DNA of 63,992 bases, counting the filler, from Collodictyon triciliatum (taxonomy: Eukaryota): the NCBI GenBank assembly GCA_043381765.1. It is 11 parts of 11 records of this genome, joined end to end, with 100 filler letters (N's around TTAATTAATTAA, not from the genome) between each part and the next. Parts side by side here need not be neighbours in the genome. Positions count along the whole stretch, not along the records: positions 37,757 to 43,938 come from JBHJMP010004656.1; positions 44,039 to 50,221 come from JBHJMP010004657.1; positions 50,322 to 56,494 come from JBHJMP010004658.1; 8 more parts are not named here. One strand, 5' to 3'. The translations under genes were made by a program, and so were the position numbers. The notes under the pieces are model-generated. The model made no database searches. It was given only the letters and a program-made list of their open reading frames with translations, and was not told the DNA's origin. Shown here in pieces: positions 38,342-50,525 of the stretch. Each line of letters opens with the position of its first letter. Position 1 is the stretch's first letter.

Positions 38342-41300
38342 ATGGAAAGCGCCAGGAGCAAACTTATTCATTCACACGAGAGTATGGATACATCGAGCTT
38401 AACGGTGGAACCTGCAAGGGAAGAAAAGATACATGGAGACTTGATATCTGGTTCAATATATTCTGATGGAAAGCCGCGGTGGACTGCTGTACAGGACGGA
38501 AGAGTTTTAAGAGTTTTCATGTCATCTACTTTCAGAGACATGCAGAGAGAAAGGGATGAGTTCTTCGCAAACGCAGAAAAGAAGTTTGTCTTTTTTAAAC
38601 ATAATGATACCATATGTAGATGAATAGGATGCATTCAGGTGTTGATATGTTTGTTTGATAGACTTAAAGATTTTGCAAAGAAGAAGGGCCTTATTCTTGT
38701 CTTCATCGACCTTCGCTGGGGATTGACAAGTGAAATATCTGATAACGGGCTGGCAAGACTTCATCCTATTATTAGTCGAGCCATTTAGTATCTGAACACT
38801 TATGTGTATTACAGGTGGTCATCAGTTGCTTGGCATCGATCGAAGAATGTCCCTACTTTCTGTGTACGCTCGGTTCGCGATATGGCTGGTCTCCCAACCA
38901 TGAAAATGCCTCAGAATGGCACCCTGATACTGATTTTCGGTTTCCTTATCTGAAAGAAATTCGAGGGCTCAGTGTGACTGATTATGAGGTATTTAAATGA
39001 GTTTTTCTTTTATCCACTTAGATTATAGAATGCCAATAGTGCACGTCTACCTAGCTGCATTTTTTTAATATGAAAGTTAGATTGTTCATGGTGCTCTGAA
39101 AGAACAAAACCCTATCGCTCGGAGGGCATTCTTTTACGCACGCGATGAAGAACATGCAATAATCCATGTCGCTGAGACCGATGCCGAACGAGCACTTTAT
39201 CGACCAGTGAACGAAAAAGATGTTGGTCTATTCAGTAATTCAGAAAATATACTAGATTACATAAAACTTAAGCTGAATGAAAAAAAAAATGCCATTCTCT
39301 TAGAGAGAAAATCAAGACGGCTTGAAGAAAAAGATTGGGTGCATCTTTCTTATCAAACCCTACAAGACTCCCAGGGAACTTGTCGAAATGATGGTTGTTG
39401 ACTTGATGATAGCAACCAATCATGATTTTTCTGATATTGTGGTTTGTATTGATTTTTTTTAAATTGACACTCATTATATCAATCAACTGTATCATTTTGA
39501 AAGCAAATGACGTTATCGTATTGTAAGTTCTTTCGGTAATGAAATTATTCTTTTTTCGCCCCTTTGTATGGCATAACCTCTCTGCACTTTGAATCGAATA
39601 AAAGAAAATATCCTCTTTTTTTTTATTTTATTTTTTATACCATGAACAGGAAAAAGACTTGGAAGATTCAGCTCATGAGCAGTTCATGCTCCACAGACTC
39701 CTTGGATTAGAAGGGAGAGACGGTATCATCTCTACCCTTAAAGAGAAAGCCATCAAGCAGCTTGAATCAAGCGGCTCTGATATTACGATGGTTGGAGCAG
39801 AGTCTGGCATCGGAAAATCTGCAATAATGAGCGGACTCGTCAGAGCTTTAGATGAAGACAAAAACCCAAACTTGGTTGTCATCTATCATTTTGTTGGATG
39901 CTCAAACATGAGCAACTATGTCGAGAGGTATCACATAATAATTAAATATCATATATAAACTTCATTTTGATAATTAAACTTTTGATATTGCCGGCTTTGT
40001 TTTCTCTCAATAAACTGTTAAAAAGAAACCAAAAAAAAATAAACTTTTGATATTTCCATCGGACATATAGCTTGGTGGAAAGAGTAGCTCGAATTTTAGT
40101 GAAAAATGGAGTGATTGAAACAAAAAGTGATTCTGGCGAAGGTATGATAAAAGTATTATTATTATTATTTAAAAATTATTCAACAAACGATCCTTTTTTT
40201 TAGAAGAACAATGTTTTTTTTTTTGACAAAATTGTATTGCTCTTCTGCATATATTCATCCTGTCTTTGCAAGTAAAATAAGTATAAAAACCTGTTTCTAA
40301 AAGAATCTGTAATTTTCAAAAGACTGATTGAAATGCTTATTCTTTATCACAGAAGATGAGACCAGGGTTAAAGGCCTTGACCATATCCTAAGACTCGCCT
40401 CCAGGAACGAGTAATATATTTTTAACTGTATTTATGTTTTTGTTCTTTGGTGTTGTTCAAGTTCATTTCTGGGAGTTATTGGATGTTGTGGTTGAAAACT
40501 AAACGACAGAGATAAATGAGTGATTTCGTCGTAATGCTGACATATTTTAGACAAAAGAAAGTTGTACTCGTCATCGACGCCTGCAATCAATTGGTTGATT
40601 CGCAGCAGTATGCTCAAGTTCATCGCCTTGAATGGCTCCCGAAAAAAACACCAAAGAACATCTCTATCATTGCATCGACAATCGATAGCCATGAATCGTC
40701 CAAGGTCAGTCAACCGGCTACCCACCTATCCATCACAAACTGAAATCAAGTGGTTTATTTAGGTGGCGACCTTGCATGGGCTCGATGTTATACCTGTTTC
40801 CAAGCTTGATGCCGAAGGAATCAAACAAGCGACGACATCTTTTTTCAATCGATACAACAAAACCTTGAACAAAAAGCAGATGGATATGATTTTGGAAGGC
40901 TTCAAAGACACTGGTGAGTAACTTCTGCTAATATAATTGCAATGTGTTAATGGAGATATCATTTGAATCGCAATACAGGTCATCCACTTTACCTGCGTGT
41001 TGTGCTTGATGAATTACGCATTTTTGGGGTGTATGAGAGAGTTGATGCAGAACTTTGTGAAATGCTCGACAAGAAAGGAGTTGTCAATCTTTTCAACCTT
41101 GTTATGCATCGATGGGAAAAGAAATATGGTTTGTGATATCAATCATTGTGAACCAAGAAATAATCGAATGATAACCGTCTTTTATTTGCACAATATTCAA
41201 CTCAGGAGAGGATGTTGTTCGTCTATCGATTGCCACTCTTTATGTGTCAAGAATCGGTCTCGATGAAAATGAGCTTGACAAGTATATGGAGCACCGACTG

Positions 41301-42154
41301 AAGAAAACACAGCAAATTGACAACGCCAATTGGTATCCAGCTTCTCAAAGTTTGAAAAATTGAGTCATGACTATCTAACTGAAAGAGAGCTTGAAATGAG
41401 ATTTTGTTCCTATTTTGGTTTTTTAATTTTCTAGGAAACTGTTTTTCTTTGTTCTTTTAGACTCTCTCTTTGTGAGAAACGGAAGGTACTTGACATAATT
41501 GTCTACTTTAGCTACATTTGTATATTCTATCAATAACCTTAAAATGTTTAAAATATCAGATACGCTTTCTCCCATCAGTTGTTGACACAGTCTATCAAAG
41601 AGCGATACTTTAAAGATGATTCATTCTTCAAAAGTGAGGCTCGTGAGTATGGACTGTGGCTGTTGGAGGAATATGGTTATATGCGCGCAGATAAGAACAT
41701 CATCGCCGAAATTTGCCATCATTTGAAAATGTCATCCGAATATGATAAATTGGCAGAATATATAAAGAACGAAAAGGTTTGTCAAAAAAATGAATATGTA
41801 ATGTCCGGATATTTTGAGTTAAAAAAATCTATTGAAAAGGTTGTCGAAAACATGCTGGAGGGTAGTTATCGATTCGAGTTTTTTGAATGCTGGAGGGACT
41901 TAAATAAAAATGGATTCGATCACAAAGCTTCTTACATCAACATGGCCAAGGTTTCATATGCATAAGATTTGTCAGAATTATGTTTTCATTTTGTATGCTT
42001 AAACTTGTAACAAACTTAAAAGGAACTTAATCCTGTTGGGTCAACATTGGTCAATTACTTCCAAGAAATTCAAGAAAATACCTTTTTGATTCCAATACTT
42101 GAACATCGAATTTCAGTAGATACCGATGAAGGTATACATTTTTCTTTCCTTTTT

Positions 42155-42209
<55 letters not shown>

Positions 42210-43840
42210 CTCATAGTTCTTTGTTGATATAAAGTCATAAAAACTTATTTGTATTTGCAAGAAATGCATATTAATTTTTTTTTTAAAGCCTCTAACAGCA
42301 AGAATCTGCACTTTCTGGGCATAGTTTTCAAAAATCTTGGACAGTAGTTTTCCTATTTTTTTTTTCAAAAAATCACACACACAATGAATAATAATTATCA
42401 TTAATATAATTTTCCGGTAAGTTTGGATAAGTCAATATATGATGTATATATATATATATTCACATATCCTTATTCTATTTTAAGGTATGACAAAGCGCTA
42501 GAATGTAGCCAAAAGTCACTTGAGACACGACTAAAGGTATTTGGTAAGCTACATCCCGAAGTTGCCGCGACTTATAATCGCTTTGGAGCAATCTACGATA
42601 CTATTGGGGAGTACGCCTATTTTTATTTATATACCCATTTGTTCGGTAGCTATTGCAGAGTAAATTGACTTTGCTTCGTCGCCGACTGCTCCGTTTCCTT
42701 TGCTAAACAGTAACCTAATCATAGACGCGAAAAAGCTCTTGAATATTACAGCAAATCACTCGACATTCGAAAGGAAGTTTTTGGAGAATTACATCTTGAC
42801 GTTGCAACATCGTATAACAATATTGGACTTGTGTATAGCAGGCTTGGAAAGTTTGTCCATTTAATTACCAAAAATTTACGATTGTAATTCCTGATGTATC
42901 CAAAAATTCATAACAGGCATGAAAAGGCTCTGGAATATTACAACAAATCTATGGAAATCACTCTAAAAATATTCGGGGAACTCCATCCAGACGTAGCTAT
43001 TTTATACAATAATATGGGGCTTGTATTCAAAAACCTCTCAAAGTAACATTTTTCATTCACCAGCCGAATCACTTTGTTTTTAAATAAATTCATTAAGTTC
43101 TTTGAGTCGAATAAAGGAAAAAATAAATTCATTTAGTTATAATACCCTTTCAAATTCATGTTTCTTCTGTACGTATTCATGATTACCTGACAGCCACGAT
43201 AAGGCTGTGGAGTATTATCACAAGGCTATTGGAATCCAACTCAAGGTGTTTGGGGAAATTCACCCAAGTGTTGCCATGACATATAGCAATGTGGGAGGAC
43301 TTCATGACGACCTTGGAGAGTGCTTTTTGATTGCGCCAACTTCGTTCACTACATTTTGATGCTCTTTTCATTTCTTGTATATGCACGAAAAATTCATGAA
43401 AAGATAAAAGATAAAAGATAAAAGATAAAAGATAAAAGATAAAAGATAAAAGATAAAAGATAAAAGAAAAATAAAAGGAGGTGGGGAAGTTGCAAACCAT
43501 TCTAATTAGCAACCATGCAGGAATGAGCAGGCAATGTCGTACCACCACAAATCCCTTGAGATTCGAGTCAAGTTCTTCGGGGAAGTCCACCCTGCTGTCG
43601 CAACTACATACAGCAAAATAGGCGGACTTTACGATGACCTTGGAAAGTGAGTGTGAGACCATCGCTGCATATCTCCTATATGTTGTAGTGCTGAATGAGC
43701 CCCTGATGTTGCAGTCACGAGAAAGCCTTGGAGTATCACTACACATCCCTTGAGATTCGAACCAAGGTGTTTGGCGAAGCCCACCAGAATGTTGCAACAT
43801 CATACAACAACATCGCCGTGGCCTACAAGAACCTTTCGAA
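38342..43840 (+). CDS. DUF4062 - STAND (NACHT/AAA-like) NTPase - TPR repeat protein (NPHP3/TEP1-like architecture), 3'-truncated
   Basis: RVFMSSTFRDMQRERD, FIDLRWG and LGSRYGW (DUF4062). Walker A GAESGIGKS, IYHFVGCS, Walker B VVLVIDACNQL, WLP, GHPLYLRVVLDELRIFG. At least six 42-aa TPR repeats follow. Confidence 0.9.
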
Positions 43841-44279
43841 GTGAGCCTCTCACCCAACAAAAAAGTCACTCATTTTTTCTCAGAAGTTCATTCGAATCAA
43901 AACAAAAAACAAAAAACAAAAAACAAAAAACAAAAAACNNNNNNNNNNNNNNNNNNNNNNNNNNNNNNNNNNNNNNNNNNNNTTAATTAATTAANNNNNN
44001 NNNNNNNNNNNNNNNNNNNNNNNNNNNNNNNNNNNNNNTTTTTTTTTATTTGTTTTTTATTTGTTTTTTATTTGTTTTTTATTTGTTTTTTATTTGTTTT
44101 TTATTTGTTTTTTATTTGTTTTTTATTTGTTTTTTATTTGTTTTTATTTGTTTTTATTTGTTTTTTATTTGTTTTGTTTTGTTTTGTTTTGTTTTGTTTT
44201 GTTTTGTTTTGTTTTGTTTTGTTTAAGACCCTGTCTTATTGTCTTCTCGCCTCTCGTTCGCCCCTTAAGAGCCGACTCC

Positions 44280-45110
44280 ATGGGAGCCGTGATGACTAAG
44301 CGCGACAACACAAGACCGAGTCGCTCGAGCCCTCAAGCGGCTACGAAAATGATGCAAGGAACGGGACGTGGATATTCAGGGACATACAGCCCACCTACTG
44401 CCTCTAGAGACATCATCCATGGCGAAAAAGACAGAAAGATTGCTTCCAAGCCTTTGCAAGACACCAATGTGTAATCCATGTTTATTGTTTATATCTTTTA
44501 TTTTATGCCAATTGACCATTAAAGTTCATTTCAAGGGATCGGGTCATAATCGAATCTTTTTAACCAATTTGAGTTTCTCTGGCGAATATTAAATATGTTC
44601 GACCCTTTCATGAGTCGTTTTTTGGTTTATTACATTATCTTCTTGGAAAATAAAAAAATCAATACGTGCTATAACTCCTTTTCCTTTTACCAATTAAGTT
44701 TGTTTTTTACGACCAGCCGACACTCTCCTGTATTGCCATCGACTTTGGCCTGGTCTGACGAGCAAACAAATTTGCATTCCATACAATTACAAGGAAGGTC
44801 GGTTATATGTGACAATAATCATCATTCTGAAGTGTTTGTTTACCATTCATATTGTTTGCTTAAGCTTCGCACATTTTCTTCGAAATTAATTTTCTTTTAA
44901 CTGGAGACAAAACTAATTTTCGTCAAGTCCTGATTATTTTACCTTTATCGACAAATTAATTACAATACTTTACACTAAATGAGTGAAAATACCGATGGCC
45001 TCATAGGATTAAAGGAACCGAATCTGATCTTGAAATGTGGACATCGCCAACCGTTCGAGATATGTGCGTGGTCCCTCTCATTCCTTTAAATTCGAAATGA
45101 ATATCTATCT

Positions 45111-45189
<79 letters not shown>

Positions 45190-47692
45190 AACTGACCCTT
45201 ATAGTAGTCGAAAACAAACATTTAATAACAGTTTACTTAGTTTCCAAACTCCTCTTAGGTACTCGGGAAATGGGGGTGATTCAATAACACATTGTATGTC
45301 TTAATTCGCTTATTTACGCTTTACTTGACAGGATTCTTCAAACATTCATCACAAAGGTAAAAAAGAAAAAGAAAAGGAAGTGACCATACATTATTCGACA
45401 GGCGTTATCATAGACAAAAACTGTGAAGTCGAAAGTAGCACTAATGACCGCACCTTCCCGAGCGTAAACACTCCCATGAAGCGCGGCATGTACAGTGCGT
45501 CCAATGATACAATATCGTACTCAAAAGGAACCGAATATTCCCCTACTCACGGACAACACTCACCTGGCGGAATATCGCTATCTGTTTCAACAGGTTTTTT
45601 TTTTTAAAAAAAAAAGAAATTAACAAATAAGAGTATTCAGTAGTCAATAAAAATGCATGTAATTTTCTCATTCACTCTTTCACATATATAGGAAGTCCCG
45701 ATAAGGAGCTGATACAAACCCAAAGACTTGAAAAGAGTAATTCTGAGGAGTTTCTCATGACCAAAATCAAACTTGATGTTATGGCAGATATTGTCGACCA
45801 TGATAGCAAACTGATTGATACAGTCGAGAGAGATTTTAGCGGACTTGGCTCGGGACCACGCGTACAAAGTATTGAAAACTTTATGACCTCGACTATTATT
45901 CCTGCCATGCTTACTCCAAGAGGTGGATTGGGATATGATGGAGGGTCCTCGCATACTTCATTTGATGACTTGTTAGATCTGCCCATGACTGTAATTCAAG
46001 AGTATATGGCGAGCTCTCGAATCTCTGTTATGAGCTCGCTAGGTATTAAGACAGAGGCAGATCGGCGGTCACATGTTGCCATTTTTTGTGGCTTTGGTTT
46101 TACTTCATTTACAGCTATGCTTATGAAATGCTTAGATCTGCCTATACCAAAACCAAGAGGTTCTAGCATGGATGAACCTATTGCATCAAACCGCAAAAAA
46201 CTGGTATAATTGTTTCTTTTTCTTTTTCTCTTTCTTTTTCTTTTTCTTTTTCTTTTTCTTTTTCTTTTTCTTTTTCTTTTTCTTTTTCTTTTTCTTTTTC
46301 TTTTTCTTTTTCTTTTTCTTTTTCTTATGGACATTTGATACGTCATTTCTAATATTTTTGCAATTGCCTTATTCCCTTTCTTCCCCTTCCTCTCTCTCTT
46401 TTTTTTCATTCAGAATACTTGGCACCTCCTTGTCGTTAAGAGATAAGCTAAGATACACAAACCAATTCGTCACATTCTACTTATTTCATGTATAGGTTGT
46501 CTTTATGGACAGCACTGAACCACAGTTCGTGTCACAGGGATTTTCACGGTCTGAATTCGAAGTGATTCGGATTGGAACTGGAGAAGACGGCTTCATCGAC
46601 ATATCCAGTCTGCGAGAAGGGCTTGAACAGCAGAAAGAACGAATGGGGCGATTTGTCTGTATTCCCTTGTACTCACCCGTTAGCGGAGCGCGCTGCAACA
46701 TACCACACTTGCGCCAGATATGTCATTCATATGGAGCTTTTCTCTGTGTCCACAGCATTGGCATGGGTTTTGATTTTGATTTCGATTTTCACACCGAACT
46801 TGAACATGAATCTAGCCCCGACTGCACCAAGGAGTCAAACTCAGAATCAAATATTGAAGCAAAAGCAGAAGTAGAGAGACACAGACCAGAGCAGAGGAAA
46901 AGAACAGATTGGGGCACAAAGGTCGACATATATATGCTATCCACATCGTCACTAATTGGAGGCGTTGGTTCCTCCAACGTGATTGTCCTCCACACACGCC
47001 TTATAGGATATCTTCATGGCAGTAGTGGATTCAGCGCAAGCCACGGCGACATTGCGCAAGTGCTTGAAGCAGATACTATTTCCCCAGATGCATGCATTCG
47101 TTCGGGCCTTAGTGTGGTGTATCGACAGTCTCCATGGGCTGCATCAACCCCGGCATCAACATCAGAGGGACGAACACTTATGTGGCCATCACTGTGCCAG
47201 AGAGACCTAGGCACTAATACAGATTCAAACACGATGAATCGCAGAGATATTCTGTGGACTCATCACGTAGTATGGCAAGTCCAACGAATCCGAAAGGCAT
47301 TGCGGCAGATGAGCGAAACAATAAGCGTGCTCCCAATTGGTGCCGACCTCACCAACTGTCGTGCGTCAAGACTAGACTCAGTGTGCTTCGTGATGCAGTT
47401 CAAGGGCGGCACAATCGGAGTAGATGCAGAGCCGGTGCCAAGCGAGCTTCTTGCATGCGCGCTGCATTATGAATATGGAATTGGAATACGGGTCAGAAAA
47501 GCTGTGTCTGTGGATGGCGTGGCACTTTACCTACGAGGCGGTTGGGCTCAAATATACGTGCGTCCTATCACGTCATCAGAAGCCGTAGAGAAGCTTCTCG
47601 CAGCCATCACCTTAATAGCAGCAGACCCTGACCGCCTTCGCACAGACTATCGCCGAGACCCCCGTCGTGGTTGGGTTCCAGTTCAGACATGA
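44280..47692 (+). CDS. Class V aminotransferase / cysteine desulfurase-like PLP-fold protein with degenerate active site, 6 exons
   Basis: SGPRVQSIENFM, VAIFCGFG, EVIRIGTGEDGFIDISSL, CHSYGAFLCVH, DIYMLSTSSLIGGVGS, LHYEYGIGIR and GGWAQI...LLAAITLIA follow the motif order of that family. Exon phases join consistently from MGAVMT at 44280. Confidence 0.7.
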
Positions 47693-47933
47693 CATCTGAG
47701 CTTTTCAGCCCATCGCCCATTCTTTTTCTTTTCTTTTCAATGTGTTCTTGTCTTTGTATTTACAAAGTATACATACATAGCCAGCTCCACTTGCGACATA
47801 AACGGTATCATTCATTTTATATACGGCAACGAAAGACAAGTATGGTGCTGGTACAAAGTGTGAAGGAAAAATATAGGAAAGAAAACAAGGGGAGAAAGAG
47901 TAGGAAAGAAAAAAAGAGGCTTCATCAGGAAAA

Positions 47934-48407
47934 TCAATAGTGAAAGAGACTCGCGAGAGGTGAAAGTGTGTTTGGGGTAATTGCAAGATGAAAGCGCAAA
48001 GCTCCCAACACATAAGCTTCGACGCGGTTGAAATCGGACAGCGGAATCCCAGCTAGGAGAGCAAATGTGGCGTTGTTGTAGGAGTTGTCTTCCCATCTCT
48101 TGCCAGCAATCGCCACGCACACAAGAAACCCTGTCACTCCAAGGGCAGCCCGGCTCGGAGATGGCGAGTCTGTGTCGCCGGGTGCCAATGGCTCTGCCTC
48201 CGCTTGCTGGTGCCGCTTAATGACTCGTGCGTGGTAAACCACGGCTGCGGCAATACATTCGGGAGAGGATAGGCGATGTTCGCGGATCAGGTCTGTTATC
48301 GTGGCTGTGCAGCGGGTCTTGCGTATTGGTGAGTCGATATCTCCGCCGATTGCGCAGCAGGTGTTGTTGTGGATGCTGTCCAGATACGCGTTGAGTGCCT
48401 CGCTCAT
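47934..48407 (-). CDS. PHO80-like (cyclin U/P-type) cyclin, intronless, 157 aa
   Basis: SPECIAAAVVY...FLVCVAIAGKRWEDNSYNNATFALLAGIPLSDFNRVEAYVLGALRFHL matches the PHO80 cyclin box. Confidence 0.88.
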   Translation of the reverse strand: MSEALNAYLDSIHNNTCCAIGGDIDSPIRKTRCTATITDLIREHRLSSPECIAAAVVYHARVIKRHQQAEAEPLAPGDTDSPSPSRAALGVTGFLVCVAIAGKRWEDNSYNNATFALLAGIPLSDFNRVEAYVLGALRFHLAITPNTLSPLASLFHY

Positions 48408-48901
48408 GGTGGGTGGCTCGTGGGGGTTGGATGGTGCTGTCGGTTTTCCACCAAGTGGGGCTACGAAGAAGGGTGGTATAATTTAGTTTGAGCCTTACAG
48501 GTGTCCACTTTGACGGGTTAGGTGCTTTGCTTTCTCTGCCTGAGAATACAGGATGGGTGGTGTTGAACCAGAGGGTGGATGGGCTTGGCCTGTCTTGAGG
48601 GGTGGTGGGGTAAAATGGGAAAAACAGGCGAAAGAGCAAACCTGCGAATCGAATGGTAGCTCTTTATATATGCACGAAAATACCGTCTCACCCTCCCCTA
48701 TTAATGTCCTCGTGGGTACCTTGCACGTTTTGAATGAACCTGGCTGTTTAGGAATCTGGAATAGGCAATAGGCCGATCCATTAAACGGTTGGGGCATGAG
48801 ATTACCTATTTATGGAATAATCCTTGCATTTGTGTGCAGATATTTATCCAATTAAGTCTATTTTTTTTGAAAAAATCTTGCATTGTCACGCTGATGTATT
48901 A

Positions 48902-49149
48902 TGACGCAATTCTGTCGAAATTCTGAAATTCAAATATGGAAGTTTCATCCAAATATGTAAACTAGACACAAATGGCGACCTGGGCATTCAACATTCTTGC
49001 AGTTTTCTGGCCTTAGTGACGCACACTGAATTCTTTATATGGATATATTCTACCCTAAAAGGTACGGAGACCTTTAATATTGAAACAAAAATGGAATTCG
49101 TGTTGCACAGAAAACTTTCTATATGCACCAAGTGACGCAACGTGACGCA
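48902..49149 (+). promoter_or_regulatory. Cluster of four TGACGCA (CRE-like bZIP) motifs upstream of the cyclin gene
   Basis: Exact copies at 48902, 49017, 49133 and 49143 in AT-rich intergenic DNA. Function is inferred. Confidence 0.5.
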
Positions 49150-49948
49150 TTAATCTGTGTATAGCTATTACCTATTCCTAAATAACGTTTTGTAAGTATA
49201 ACTATTATATATTAAATTATTAATAAAAAAATGTACTACGTGTAATAAAATAAGCAAAAATAAGGTGATTTATATGATAATTAACTATACTATCCAGAAT
49301 AATAGATATATTTGTGGAAAATAAAATATAATGGTACATGCGCCATATTAATCCATCATCTTACCTTATTAATCGAAGAAGACTTCGAGATATCTGTACT
49401 TTCACGGAATACATATAAAGGCGGTGGACTCCACCTCCGCAGAGCACCGATACACGGCGTCTCAATATTACTTTGTTGACTCGTGTGACATATTTAAAGA
49501 GAACATCCATCTTTTCATTAATTTTCTGTAGCGGGTATTTCTGCCAGAGTGGCAGACAACCTCCGACTGAAAAAATCCCGAAGCGGTTAAATACAAACCA
49601 GCCCGCCGCCACCAACACAGCACAAAGGCAGCAGATGTCGCTTCCCTACAAGTCGAATAATCATACACCTGGCTGCAGTATCACAACACTCGCCAGGCAG
49701 CTTATCCGCCACTAACCCCTGCCTCCTCATAGAAACCAGATAAAAGGACTCCGGAAAGCCCTAACCAGCCGAGACGAAGGGATGCAGACAACACACTTTT
49801 TTATATGTAGGTATTTCGATCAACTCTTTTTTCTTTTAAAGAAAAATAAATACTCTCTTTTTATAATCTGACTCCTTTGAACCTCGTCTTGTCCTTTCCG
49901 TCGTTCTGTACTGGACCGCACAGTTGATTGCCCCAAAGCTGCTCTCAA

Positions 49949-50069
49949 ATGAAGGCTTCCTATTTGCCAATAGATGACGGACTGAGACCTGATGTGGCAG
50001 ACCCTGCAGAGGCCTGGAAAGCGCCCTGGCTGGAGGAAAACAATGGCTCCTACCCTGCTTTTCTCCCAG
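49949..50069 (+). CDS. Possible first exon of an unknown gene
   Basis: CAAATG start, MKASYLPIDDGLRPDVADPAEAWKAPWLEENNGSYPAFLP, then CAG|GTTTGC. No homology recognised. Confidence 0.25.
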
Positions 50070-50525
50070 GTTTGCTTTACAAACCACTCCACAGTTGTCT
50101 CTTACTTTTTTTCCTTGTTGACCTACAGCAACCGATACCCGCAAAGTGTCAACGATTCAGCAGAAAAAGAAAAAGAAAAAGAAAAAGAAAAAGAAAAAGA
50201 AAAAGAAAAAGAAAAAGAAAANNNNNNNNNNNNNNNNNNNNNNNNNNNNNNNNNNNNNNNNNNNNTTAATTAATTAANNNNNNNNNNNNNNNNNNNNNNN
50301 NNNNNNNNNNNNNNNNNNNNNTTCTTTTTTCTTTTTTCTTTTTTCTTTTTTCTTTTTTCTTTTTTCTTTTTTCTTTTTTTTTTCTTTTTTCTTTGTCCTA
50401 CGTGTTTTTTTTTTATTGCTATACTATCAAACACAACGTCTGATATTAGTCTCTGGATTTATGTAACTATAAGATCAAGAACATGATTGCATTAATATAT
50501 ATATCACAAACAAAAAAAGGTTTAG

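Noticed and set aside
42485-43840. Regularly spaced repeats with unique spacers, superficially CRISPR-like
   Set aside because: The units are divergent 126-nt coding exons separated by GT-AG introns; no cas genes are present.
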